From positions 416,001 through 480,000 of the forward strand of contig CBDEFM010000001.1 in assembly GCA_965237415.1 (NCBI GenBank): a stretch of DNA of 64,000 nucleotides, in the 5' to 3' direction. This DNA comes from Alphaproteobacteria bacterium (GTDB lineage Bacteria; Pseudomonadota; Alphaproteobacteria; UBA828). Positions 1 through 9,148 of this stretch are shown here, piece after piece. Made by a program: the position numbers and the translations under genes. Numbering within the stretch: the stretch's first letter is position 1; every line of letters starts with the position of its first letter. The notes under the pieces were generated by a model. That model was given only the letters and a program-made list of their open reading frames with translations. It did no database searches and was not told the origin of the DNA.

Positions 1-207
1 GGCCCCTACGGCGCCGAGCTGCTCGCCGCCACCACGGAAGTCGCGCATATGGACGGCACCTGGAAGCCGTCCCGCGTGGTGATCTTCCGCTTCCCGAGCA
101 TGGAAAGGGCCAAGGCCTGGTACAACTCGCCCGAGTATCAGGCGATTGTGGACATGCGTTTGCGAGCTGCCGAGAGCAGCCTCATCTTCGTGGAAGGCAT
201 GGAGTAA
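1..207 (+). CDS. DUF1330 family protein (5' partial)
   Basis: Frame 1 reads ...WKPSRVVIFRFPSMERAKAWYNSPEYQAIVDMR...VEGME*; FPS..A..WY.SPEYQ is typical of DUF1330. Confidence 0.85.
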   Translation, partial: GPYGAELLAATTEVAHMDGTWKPSRVVIFRFPSMERAKAWYNSPEYQAIVDMRLRAAESSLIFVEGME

Positions 208-222
208 TCCCCGCGCGCCGGT

Positions 223-1647
223 TCACGCGGCGGGCGGATCGGCCAAGAAGTGCTCGATGGCGTTGGCGTAGTAACGCAGCATGTCGCGCTCGCCCTCGTT
301 CGCGCGAAAGAGCCCGTCCGCTTCGGTCACGAAGTGGCGTAGCGTCAACATCCGCAGGCCCACCGTGACGGCATAGTCGCGGTCGGCCCGCGGGATGTGG
401 ACGTAGGCGCCCTCGCGCTCCAGCCTGTCGATCAGCGCCTGCGCGCGCCCCTTGATCTCCAGCAGGTCGAGCGCCGCGCTCTCTGACTCGACGAAGACCG
501 TCGCGACCAGGGAGACCGGCAAAACGGGGATCGCCGCGGCGATGGCCTGCAACAGCTCGCCGCCGAGTTTCTCCACGGCCTCGTGGCGGGCCTCGGGCTC
601 GAGCGCGCGGAAATCGACCCCGCGGGCCTTCACATAGTCCCGCATGGAGATCGGCGCGGAGAAGTTCACGCAGGCGTAGCCGAAGCGGTACCAGCGCCGA
701 CGGATCATGAGGCTTAGGTTGTGGGCGGCGAACCGGAACGCGGTCGCGAGCACGCGCGCCCTGCTGCGCCGGGGCTCGCCCGAGCCGGGTGCGCGCACCA
801 GCATGCGGTCCTCAAGCACCCGGTCGTAATTGATCCCGACGGGGACGAAGACCAGATCCCGCGCCCCCTCCGGATCGAATGACGAGACCATGTAGCTGAT
901 GAGGCCGAGCTTGGGCTTGCGCAGGCGCCCGTCGCGGCTGAGGCCGCCCTCGGGGTAAACCGCCTGGACCACGCCGCCGGCGGTGGCCGCCTGCACGTAG
1001 CGGGCGAGCACCTGGCGGTAGAGGCGGCTGCCCGAGCCGCGGCGCACGAAATAGGCCCCGAGTGAGCGCACCAGCATCCTGAGCGGCCAGACCCGCGCCC
1101 ATTCGCCGACGGCGTAGCTGAGTGCGGAGCGATGCGCCGCCATGTAGGCGACGATCACATAGTCCATGTTGCTGCGGTGGTTCATCACGAAGACGACGCT
1201 GGCGCCGGGCTCGATGCGGGCCAGCGCCTCGTCGTCCGAATAGCCAAGCCGCACGCGATAAAGGCTTTCCACCGCCCGCCTGGCGATGTGATAGCCGATG
1301 CGGAAATAGGCGTAGGCGTTGAAGGAGGGCACGATCTCGCGGGCGTAGCGCTCCACCTGCCGGCTCAGCACCTCGCGCGGGGTGCCGGTGGCTTCGGACT
1401 CGGCGTCGATCGCCTTCATCACCTGGGGATCGAAGCTGAGCTGGTCGATGAGCACCCGGCGCTTGGTCTGCTGAAAGGGCGGGATCTGCAATTCCAGCCG
1501 CGTGTTGACCTCGACGATCATCCGGTTGAGGCGGCGGCGCAGGAACCACCGCACGCTCGGCATCAGGATCCGGTCGAGCGCAGCCCAGAGCGCGAGCGCG
1601 CCCACCACCGCGAGGATCCAGAGCGGCAGCGTGAGGGAATCGGTCAT
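223..1647 (-). CDS. Glycerol-3-phosphate/phospholipid acyltransferase (PlsB/PlsC-like)
   Basis: HRSNMD (HxxxxD) and YPEGGLSRDG acyltransferase motifs; N-terminal TM helix. Confidence 0.85.
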   Translation of the reverse strand: MTDSLTLPLWILAVVGALALWAALDRILMPSVRWFLRRRLNRMIVEVNTRLELQIPPFQQTKRRVLIDQLSFDPQVMKAIDAESEATGTPREVLSRQVERYAREIVPSFNAYAYFRIGYHIARRAVESLYRVRLGYSDDEALARIEPGASVVFVMNHRSNMDYVIVAYMAAHRSALSYAVGEWARVWPLRMLVRSLGAYFVRRGSGSRLYRQVLARYVQAATAGGVVQAVYPEGGLSRDGRLRKPKLGLISYMVSSFDPEGARDLVFVPVGINYDRVLEDRMLVRAPGSGEPRRSRARVLATAFRFAAHNLSLMIRRRWYRFGYACVNFSAPISMRDYVKARGVDFRALEPEARHEAVEKLGGELLQAIAAAIPVLPVSLVATVFVESESAALDLLEIKGRAQALIDRLEREGAYVHIPRADRDYAVTVGLRMLTLRHFVTEADGLFRANEGERDMLRYYANAIEHFLADPPAA

Positions 1648-1844
1648 GCGAGAGTCTTATATACAGCCGGGCGGATTTCGCCCGAGCCCGGCTGTTTCGC
1701 CCCGGAAGAGAATTCCCAGCAGATGGTCGTCACCGGCATCGTGGCAGCAAGGCTCGCGGCTGTAGCGCAGATGCGCTAGTTATAGCACCAATGGGCGGGC
1801 GCGGTGCCTGCCAGCAAGCGCACGCCGAGGCGTAGTGACGAGCC

Positions 1845-2534
1845 ATGAAGGCGGCGAACTCCAACAGAGACCAATTCGCGATCCTGCGCCGGACCATGGT
1901 CGAGCAGGTGGCGCTCCACGCCGACCATGTGAGCGGCAAGACCGGCCGCACCGCGATCGCGAGCCCGGTCATGGAGGCGATTGAGCGGGTCCCGCGCCAT
2001 GCCTTCGTGCCGGTCGAGATGACGCTTTACGCCCACCTCGATTCCCCGCTCCCTATCGGCTGCGGTAAGACCATCTCGCAGCCCTTTATCGTCGCGCTGA
2101 TGACCGACCTGCTGGAACTGGGCGCGGAAGACCGGGTGCTCGAAATCGGCACAGGGCTCGGCTATCAGGCGGCGCTTTTGGCGGAGCTTGCGGCCGAGGT
2201 GTTCACCGTCGAGCTGATCGAGGAGTTGGCCCAGAGCGGCCGCCGCCGGCTCGGCGAGCAGGGTTATGGCAACGTGCAGTTCCGCGTGGGCGATGGCAGC
2301 CTCGGCTGGCCCGACCATGCGCCCTTCGACCGCATCATCGCAACCGCAGCCCCCGACCTCATCCCGCCGGCGCTCTTGCAGCAACTCAAGCCCGGCGGGC
2401 GCATGGTGATCCCGGCCGGGCTCGAGGACGACCAGCGCCTGCTACTGGTCACGAAGGATGCGGACGGGCGGTTCGAGACCGAGGAAATTCTGCCGGTGCG
2501 CTTCTCCCAGCTGATGAGCGGCGAAGACGACTGA
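1845..2534 (+). CDS. pcm: Protein-L-isoaspartate O-methyltransferase
   Basis: VPRHAFVP, TISQPFIVALM, VLEIGTGLGY, GDGSLGWP, QLKPGGRMVIP. Confidence 0.93.
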   Translation: MKAANSNRDQFAILRRTMVEQVALHADHVSGKTGRTAIASPVMEAIERVPRHAFVPVEMTLYAHLDSPLPIGCGKTISQPFIVALMTDLLELGAEDRVLEIGTGLGYQAALLAELAAEVFTVELIEELAQSGRRRLGEQGYGNVQFRVGDGSLGWPDHAPFDRIIATAAPDLIPPALLQQLKPGGRMVIPAGLEDDQRLLLVTKDADGRFETEEILPVRFSQLMSGEDD

Positions 2535-2622
2535 GCGCGATGCTACGCCGCAGGCGAGCGCCGTTCTAACACGCCCCTTCCTATTGCACGCTTCCAGCCC
2601 TCATCGGGAATTGGACTGAGGC

Positions 2623-3082
2623 ATGAGACAGGATGAAATCAGCCCACACTTGGGCAGACTCGCGTTCTGTTTCTTCTACAGGTACTCAAGGTTTGAGTTC
2701 GCGTTGAAGGCGAACGGCTATCTGAAGAGTTCCAAGCTTGGTAGTCCAGCAGAGCCGGATTGGCGGGAGTTCGCTAAGAAGCGGTCTCATGACTATTGCA
2801 TTTCCGCTGAGGCGGAAGAACTCATAAGTGTCCCCCCAAAACGCCAGATGGTCGCGGCTAACAAAGACTTGGTATGGGAAGATGTCGACTTGAGTCAGCA
2901 CCCAAGTGATCTAGAGCAGGTCATTAGGCTATTGCAGATCGTTCGAAACAAAAGTTGGCGAGAAAGGTTGGGATGACTCCGCGAGAACGGAATTGCTATT
3001 GAAGTTGAGCGTAGTCGTTCTGGATCAGATCGCCAAACAAATCGACTTTGAAGCGGACTACTTGAGGCGAACCTATTTCTGA
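2623..3082 (+). pseudogene. Low-GC HEPN-like protein, frameshifted
   Basis: ORF 2623-2976 (YSRFEFALK...IVRN) continues in the +1 frame from 2954 as VGEKGWDDSARTELLLKLSVVVLDQIAKQIDFEADY...*; expected RxxxxH motif is broken. Confidence 0.55.
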
Positions 3083-3170
3083 CGAATTGACTCGGAATTG
3101 CTATTGAAGTTGAAGTGTCTGCACGACTTTGACTACGGGTACTGACGAATTGACTCCAAGTGTCTGCACG
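2988..3170. repeat. Patchwork of short direct repeats
   Basis: CGGAATTGCTATTGAAGTTGA at 2988/3093, CTGACGAATTGACTC at 3079/3142, AAGTGTCTGCACG at 3113/3158, CGACTTTGA at 3043/3124. Confidence 0.85.
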
Positions 3171-3268
3171 TGCCGCACCTGTCTCGCAAGTCAAGCCGGC
3201 GAGCGGGTGTGGAGTTCTTTGCTATGCTCCCTTACACGACATAAACCGGCGCGTGAGTAGGTATCCCC

Positions 3269-3928
3269 ATGAGCGACCTGACCCTGGTCATCGGCAACAA
3301 GAACTACTCGTCCTGGTCGCTCCGGCCCTGGCTAGCGCTCCGCAACGCAGCAATTCCCTTCGAGGAGCGGCTGCTCCTGCTGTTCGACGAGAACTGGAAG
3401 GAGGCCATTGGCGCCGTGTCGCCGTCTGGGCGCGTTCCCGTCCTGCTCCACGGCAAGCGCACCGTCTGGGAGACCCTCGCCATCCTGGAATACGCCCACG
3501 AGCTGTTTCCGGAGGCCGGCCTCTGGCCCGAGGACCGCGACGCGCGCGCCACAGCCCGGGCGGTCGCCAACGAGATGCATGCGGGTTTTTCCGCCGTTCG
3601 CACGCACATGCCCATGAATCTTCGCCGCCTTGACCTCAAGGGGAAGGGCCGCGGGCCGGGCGTCGCAGACGACGTCGCCCGAATCTGCGAGATCTGGCGC
3701 GACTGCCGGGGCCGTTACGGTGCTGGTGGCGATTTCCTGTTCGGCGCCTTCGGCGCGGCCGACGCCATGTACGCGCCGGTGGTGACCCGGCTCGATACCT
3801 ACGGGGTCGATCTCGACGAGACCTGCGCCGCCTACAGCCGCGCCGTGCTGAGCCTGCCGGCCTTCGTCGAATGGCGCGACGCGGCGCTCCAAGAGCCCTG
3901 GATCATCCCCGAAGACGAGATCGACTGA
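3269..3928 (+). CDS. Glutathione S-transferase family protein
   Basis: IGNKNYSSWSLRPWL, SPSGRVPVL, FGAFGAADAMYAPVV. Confidence 0.93.
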   Translation: MSDLTLVIGNKNYSSWSLRPWLALRNAAIPFEERLLLLFDENWKEAIGAVSPSGRVPVLLHGKRTVWETLAILEYAHELFPEAGLWPEDRDARATARAVANEMHAGFSAVRTHMPMNLRRLDLKGKGRGPGVADDVARICEIWRDCRGRYGAGGDFLFGAFGAADAMYAPVVTRLDTYGVDLDETCAAYSRAVLSLPAFVEWRDAALQEPWIIPEDEID

Positions 3929-3937
3929 AGGCCGGGC

Positions 3938-5125
3938 CTACGACGGGGCGAAGGCCGGCACCTCGCAGCGGGCGACGGCCACCTTGCGGGTGGTCGGCGG
4001 GGTGTTGCGACTGCGGCCGACGAAGCGCGGAATGCCGTCGGTGATCACGGCGCCGATGGCGACCGGATCGCCGTTGCTCATGGTCGTGAGCGCATCCGGC
4101 TTGGTGGCACCGAGCGGGGCATCGATGATGACCACGTCCGCATCCCGCCCCGGCTTGAGGAAGCCGCTGTTCAGCCCATAGATCTCGGCTACGTTGCCGG
4201 TGGAGGCGGCGATCATCCAGGTCGGGTCGAAGCCCGCGAGCGACGCGATGTTGACCATGGTGTAGATCATGCCGAGCGGCATGACGCCGCTGCCGGTCGG
4301 CGTGTCGGTCGCGATCAGGAAGCGGTCGAAAGCGTCGTGCTTGCGGGCAGCCTCGGCGCAGAGCAGCGTGGTCCGCAGATTGCCGGCGGTGCAGACCTGC
4401 ATGGCGATCCCGGTCTCCGCCGCCACCTGCTCGAAATAGCGATCCTCGATGGCGACCGGCCCGCCGTTGATGTGGAAGGAGACCGTGGGGTCGATGGCGA
4501 TCAGGTCCTCGCCGGTGATGGGGAAGGAGCCGGGGATCGAGGCGCCGCCGGTATGCAGCGTGGTGAGCAGGCCGGCCTCCCTGGCGTGGCGCACCAGGGC
4601 CACGTAGTCCCGCGCCGTCTCCACCGCACCGAACCCTGCCTTGGCGAGCCAGACGCCGTCGCGATGCACGTCGTCGAAATCGGCGCGTGTGAGGCCGGGC
4701 TCCAGAATGATGGAGCCGCCGTGCACGCGCATCCCGCCCGGCCGGTAATGCTCGAAGCACTTGAAGGCCGCGACCGCCAGCGCCTTGACCCCGGCGGGGT
4801 CCTTCGGCCGGCCCGGCACGTGCACCTCGGAGGCGGAGATCGCCGTGGTGGTGCCTCCGTGGACGTAGCTCGTGAGGTAGCCCACGGTGTTCTGGCGCGG
4901 CGTGAAGTCGCCGAAGGTGACGTGGACCTGGGAGTCGATCAGACCCGGAATCGCCGTCGCCCCGCCGGCGTCGATCACAATGTCGCAGGCATCGATCTCC
5001 GCTGCCTCCACCACGCCGACGGCTTCCAATATGCCGTCGGCCGCAATGAGCGCATCTCCGTCGACGAAGGGCTCACGCCAGTCACCCGAGACGATGGCGC
5101 CGAGATTGACGACCGCGACTCTCAC
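3938..5125 (-). CDS. Enamidase-like metal-dependent amidohydrolase
   Basis: GTG start overlapping the upstream TGA; PGLIDSQVH, GDFTPRQ, HGGTTTAISASEVHVPGRP, HTGG, HINGG, GRSRNTPP. Confidence 0.8.
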   Translation of the reverse strand: MRVAVVNLGAIVSGDWREPFVDGDALIAADGILEAVGVVEAAEIDACDIVIDAGGATAIPGLIDSQVHVTFGDFTPRQNTVGYLTSYVHGGTTTAISASEVHVPGRPKDPAGVKALAVAAFKCFEHYRPGGMRVHGGSIILEPGLTRADFDDVHRDGVWLAKAGFGAVETARDYVALVRHAREAGLLTTLHTGGASIPGSFPITGEDLIAIDPTVSFHINGGPVAIEDRYFEQVAAETGIAMQVCTAGNLRTTLLCAEAARKHDAFDRFLIATDTPTGSGVMPLGMIYTMVNIASLAGFDPTWMIAASTGNVAEIYGLNSGFLKPGRDADVVIIDAPLGATKPDALTTMSNGDPVAIGAVITDGIPRFVGRSRNTPPTTRKVAVARCEVPAFAPS

Positions 5126-6588
5126 GGCTCGCGGGGGGCTTCGTTGCTGGCCATCAGGCCCTCCAGGATGCGCTCGGCGCCGGCCCAGTCGTAGCACCTG
5201 AAGCAGTGCGCGGTGGTGACGAACTTGGCCCCCGCGTAGAACATCTCGTACTGGGTGTGGCGGCCGGCGAATTCGGAGCCCACGGCGTCCCAGGCGAGCT
5301 TCATCAGCGCCATCCGTTCGGAAGCGCCCTCGCCCGGCCGCGCGGAGACCTGGGTGCGCTCGATCAGGGGCGCGATCGCGGGGTTGTCGAGGTCCGCAAC
5401 CGATGACGGCAGCATGATCAGGCCACCGCCTGCGAGTGAGCGTATCCGGTCGATAATGCGCGGATAGAGGGCCTGGGTCTGGACCTGGGCGGCGTACATC
5501 ATGCTCGCATTCGGCACGTAGTAATCGCCGATCATGCCGCCCGCGCTCTCCATGCCATAGAGCAGCCCCTCGACGGTCCCGACCTCGGAGGCCATCTCGC
5601 CAAGCTGCTCGCGCACAGATGCCATCGCTACCGTGCCGATGGTCTCGGCGATGCGGCGCGCCACAGCCAGCAGGAATTTCAGCTTCACCACCAGGCGGAT
5701 TTGCGACTGGTAGTTCTGGAGGACGTGGCCCGGCGTGTCGTGGAACTGCGCCCGGCACATGTCGGTGTCGCCGAGCAGGAAGATCCGCTCCCACGGCACC
5801 TTCACGTCGTCGAAATAGACGACGGAGTCGTTCTCGTCGAAGCGGTGGGAGAGCGGATTGTCCCACGGGCTCGTGGCGCTCGCCTCGTAGCTCTTGCGCG
5901 AGAGCACCTTGAGGCCGCGCGCATCGAGCGGGAGCGCGAAGGAGATGGCGAAACGCTCCTCGCCCGGCTTCAGCGGCTGAAGGCTTGCGACCAGGATCTC
6001 CTCCGCCATGACCGAGCCGGTGCCGAGCATCTTCGCCCCGCGCACGGTCACGCCGTCTGTGTCCTCGTCGACGACACGCATGGTCATCTCTTCGCTCGCC
6101 TGCTCGCCCCAGTCCTTGGAGCGGTCGCCCTGCGGGTTGATGATGACGTAGGTGAGATAGAGGTCGTTATCGCGCGCGTAGGCGTAGTAGTCGCGGAGCG
6201 CAGTGGCGAAGCGCGCGCCGTGACGCTCGAAGACCTCGATCCCCATCGCCTGCCCGGTGATCGAAGAGGCCAGGTGATCCGGCGAGCGCCCCAGGAACCC
6301 GCCATGAAGCTCGGCCCAGGCGGTCAGCGCTTCGCGCCGCGCGACCAGCTCGGCGTAACTCCGCGGCATCTGCCAGGCGCGGTTCACGCGCCGCCCGGTC
6401 CCGGTCTCGAAGGTCATCCGCTCGACGTTCGCCTCGGCCGCCTGAAAGTCGTAGAGAGCGGCTGCCGAACGGCAGGCGGCGGCGAAGGCCGGGTGGTCGG
6501 CCACCCGCGTAATCAACGCGCCATCGAGGTAGACCTCCCGGTCCTTGTCGAGGGCACGCAGGTGGGCGGCGCCGTCCTTGACGCTCAT
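5122..6588 (-). CDS. 4-hydroxyphenylacetate 3-hydroxylase (HpaB)-family flavin monooxygenase, oxygenase component
   Basis: GRSPDH, VRGAKMLGT, SHRFDENDSVVYFDDVKVPWERIF, WDAVGSEFAGRHTQYEMFY. Confidence 0.9.
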   Translation of the reverse strand: MSVKDGAAHLRALDKDREVYLDGALITRVADHPAFAAACRSAAALYDFQAAEANVERMTFETGTGRRVNRAWQMPRSYAELVARREALTAWAELHGGFLGRSPDHLASSITGQAMGIEVFERHGARFATALRDYYAYARDNDLYLTYVIINPQGDRSKDWGEQASEEMTMRVVDEDTDGVTVRGAKMLGTGSVMAEEILVASLQPLKPGEERFAISFALPLDARGLKVLSRKSYEASATSPWDNPLSHRFDENDSVVYFDDVKVPWERIFLLGDTDMCRAQFHDTPGHVLQNYQSQIRLVVKLKFLLAVARRIAETIGTVAMASVREQLGEMASEVGTVEGLLYGMESAGGMIGDYYVPNASMMYAAQVQTQALYPRIIDRIRSLAGGGLIMLPSSVADLDNPAIAPLIERTQVSARPGEGASERMALMKLAWDAVGSEFAGRHTQYEMFYAGAKFVTTAHCFRCYDWAGAERILEGLMASNEAPREP

Positions 6589-6595
6589 CGGGCGA

Positions 6596-7939
6596 TCATA
6601 GCGTGTTTCCCAGGCCGAGATTCTCCCTGAGCGTCGGCCCGGCATAGTCCTCGTGGTAGAGGCCGCGGCGCTGCAGCTCGGGTACCACGAGGCGCGCGAA
6701 ATCCTCGTAGGCGCCCGGCATGTGGGTCGCGGCCAGCACGAATCCGTCGCAGGCCTCGCCCTCGAACCATTCCGCCATCTCATCGGCGACGGCGGCGGGT
6801 GTGCCGACGAAATGCGGCATCTCGTTGACCGTGCCGCGCCGGCTGTAGGTCACGAAATCCTCGACCGTCGGATGCGGATTGCCGCTGAGCGTCACGACGC
6901 GGTCGCGGATCGCCTGCAGGCCGCTGATGGAGGCCATCTCCTCGTCCGTGAAGGGCTCGCCCGCAGGTTTCGTCGCGAAATCGTAGTTGAGCGCCTCGGA
7001 GAGCAGCGCCAGCGTATCGATGGGGCGCGCGAGGCCCGCGATGAAGGCAGCCTTCTCCTCCGCCTCCGCCTGGGCTTCGGCGACCGTGACGTAGGCCGCC
7101 GGCGCCACTCGGTAGGAGCCCGGCTCGCGGCCGGCGGCAATCGCGGCATCGCGCGTCGCCGCATACGCCTCACGGCCGAACTCCAGGGTGGGATAGATCG
7201 CGAAGATCACGTCGGCCCAGCGCGCCGCGAACTGCCGCCCCCGCCCGCTCTGGCCGGCCTGGATCACGATGGGCCGGCCCTGGGGCGTGCGCGGCACCGT
7301 GAACGGCCCCCGCGAGCGCAGGAAGCGGCCCTCATGGTCGAGCCGATGCACGCCTGCCGGGTCGGCGAAGACGCCGCGCTCCTTGTCGAGGACGATCGCG
7401 TCTGGGTCCCACGCCTCCCAGTGGCCTAGCACCACCTCCATGAACTCGTCGGCACGGTCGTAGCGCTCGTTATGCTCGATCACCTTGTCCGCGCCGTAGT
7501 TCGCTGCCTCGGAATCGTTGAGCGAGGTCACCACGTTCCAGGCCGCCCGGCCGCCGCTCATGTGATCGAGGGTCGAGAACATGCGCGCCACATGGAACGG
7601 CTGGTAATAGGTGGTCGAGCAGGTCGCGCCGAGCCCGAGCCGCGTGGTCACCGCCCCCATCATCGTGAGGATGGGAATGGGGTCCATCTTGACCACCCGC
7701 ACTCCGTTGCGCACCGCTTCGGCATGGTCGCCGCCGTAGATATCCGGCAGCGCCAGCCGGTCGTCGAAGAAGGCGAGATGGAACTTGCCGGCTTCTAGAA
7801 TGTGCGCGATCCGCTGGTAGTAGTCGGCGGTGAGGAAGTCCGTGGCCGAGTCCGGGTGACGCCAGGACGCGGGGTAGTTGGAGCAGTTCTGCGCCTGGAG
7901 GAAGCCCACCAGGATCATCTGCCGCTTGCTCATGCTCAC
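6596..7939 (-). CDS. NtaA/SnaA/DszA-family FMNH2-dependent monooxygenase (LLM class)
   Basis: WRHP, STTYYQPFHVARMFSTLDHMSGGRAAWNVVTS, QAGQSGRGRQFAARWAD, VPELQRRGL. Confidence 0.92.
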   Translation of the reverse strand: MSMSKRQMILVGFLQAQNCSNYPASWRHPDSATDFLTADYYQRIAHILEAGKFHLAFFDDRLALPDIYGGDHAEAVRNGVRVVKMDPIPILTMMGAVTTRLGLGATCSTTYYQPFHVARMFSTLDHMSGGRAAWNVVTSLNDSEAANYGADKVIEHNERYDRADEFMEVVLGHWEAWDPDAIVLDKERGVFADPAGVHRLDHEGRFLRSRGPFTVPRTPQGRPIVIQAGQSGRGRQFAARWADVIFAIYPTLEFGREAYAATRDAAIAAGREPGSYRVAPAAYVTVAEAQAEAEEKAAFIAGLARPIDTLALLSEALNYDFATKPAGEPFTDEEMASISGLQAIRDRVVTLSGNPHPTVEDFVTYSRRGTVNEMPHFVGTPAAVADEMAEWFEGEACDGFVLAATHMPGAYEDFARLVVPELQRRGLYHEDYAGPTLRENLGLGNTL

Positions 7940-8104
7940 CCTTGCTCGTCGTCACCCACCGGGACCGGGAGGCGGTGCCGGGCGCCGCTGGAACCGGGGT
8001 TTAGCACGGTGTGCGCGCCTTTGGCAGGCGCGTGGCGGGCTGAGCACGACTGTGCCATCCTGCCGGCGTGGCCGGAAGCGACTATCGCCGCGCATGGAGG
8101 CGTC

Positions 8105-9124
8105 ATGGAGCTTGGGATCTGCCTCAAGGGCGACCTCGACGTGCGCCGCACCATCGCGCTCGCCCATCAGGCCGAAGCCGCCGGCTTCGACTACATGTGG
8201 TTCGCAGATTCGCACATTCTGTGGTCCGACATCTATACGCAGATGGCGGTCTGCCTGGACCACACGCGCCGCCTCCGCGTCGGCCCGCTGGTGACCAATC
8301 CCAAGGTGCGCGACTGGTCGGTGGCCGCGAGCATCTTCGCGAGGCTCGTGCAGATCGGGGACGGCCGCCTCGACGTGGCGGTCGGCCGCGGCGACAGCTC
8401 GGTGCGCGTCATGGGGCAGAGGCCCGCGACGCTCAAGCAGCTCACCGCCTTTTGCGATGCGCTCCGCACCATGCTGCGGGGCGATGCGTGCGAATACGAA
8501 GGCGCAAGCGGGTCGGTCCAACTCGACTGGGTCGATCCTTACGCGCTGCCGATCTGGATCGCCGGATACGGGCCGCGCGCGCTCGCCGTCGCTGGCGCGC
8601 ACGGGGACGGCCTGGTGATCCAGCTCGGCGATCCGGGCCTCTGCCGTTGGATGGCGGACCAGGCGATCGCGGCGCGCGAGGCCGCCGGCCTCGATGCGGC
8701 CGGATACCGGGTGGTCGCCTGCGCGCCGGCCTGGATCGGCGACCGTGAGACCGCGATTGCCCAAACCAGCTGGTTCCCCGCCGTGGTCGGCAACCATGTC
8801 GCCGATATCGTGGAACGCCACGGCGCCGGCTCGGGCCTGGTGCCGGAGAGCCTGACCGCGTTCATCGCCGCCCGGCAGGGGCGCGGCGCGGACGAAGGCT
8901 ACGACTATCACCAGCACGCGGTCGCAGGCTCCGACAACGTGCACTACGTCACCGACGCGATCACCGAATCCTTCTGTCTGATCGGCCCGGCCGAGGCCCA
9001 CGTGGAAAAGCTCAAGGCGCTGGAGGCCGCCGGCGTCACGCAGTTCACGCTCTACCTGATGACGGAAGAGCAGGAGCGACTGATCGGCGCGTACGCCACC
9101 GACGTCATGCCCCACGTCCGTTAG
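8105..9124 (+). CDS. LLM-class (probably F420/flavin-dependent) oxidoreductase, TIGR03842-like
   Basis: GGAGG RBS; WFADSHILW, GPLVTNPKVRDWSV, GRGDSSVRVMG, SWFPAVVGNHVAD. Confidence 0.8.
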   Translation: MELGICLKGDLDVRRTIALAHQAEAAGFDYMWFADSHILWSDIYTQMAVCLDHTRRLRVGPLVTNPKVRDWSVAASIFARLVQIGDGRLDVAVGRGDSSVRVMGQRPATLKQLTAFCDALRTMLRGDACEYEGASGSVQLDWVDPYALPIWIAGYGPRALAVAGAHGDGLVIQLGDPGLCRWMADQAIAAREAAGLDAAGYRVVACAPAWIGDRETAIAQTSWFPAVVGNHVADIVERHGAGSGLVPESLTAFIAARQGRGADEGYDYHQHAVAGSDNVHYVTDAITESFCLIGPAEAHVEKLKALEAAGVTQFTLYLMTEEQERLIGAYATDVMPHVR

Positions 9125-9148
9125 CCAGGGGCGGGGCGCGCGCGCAGG

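Noticed and set aside
1663-1695. ACAGCCGGGC/GCCCGGCTGT hairpin upstream of the acyltransferase
   Set aside because: A single GC-rich stem with no recognisable riboswitch or repeat family
2988-3170. Possible degenerate CRISPR or attC array
   Set aside because: Different fragments each occur only twice with no regular period; no integrase
3938-5866. 642-aa ORF as a fusion protein
   Set aside because: The N-terminal part is an alternate frame of the HpaB-like gene; the real start is GTG at 5125
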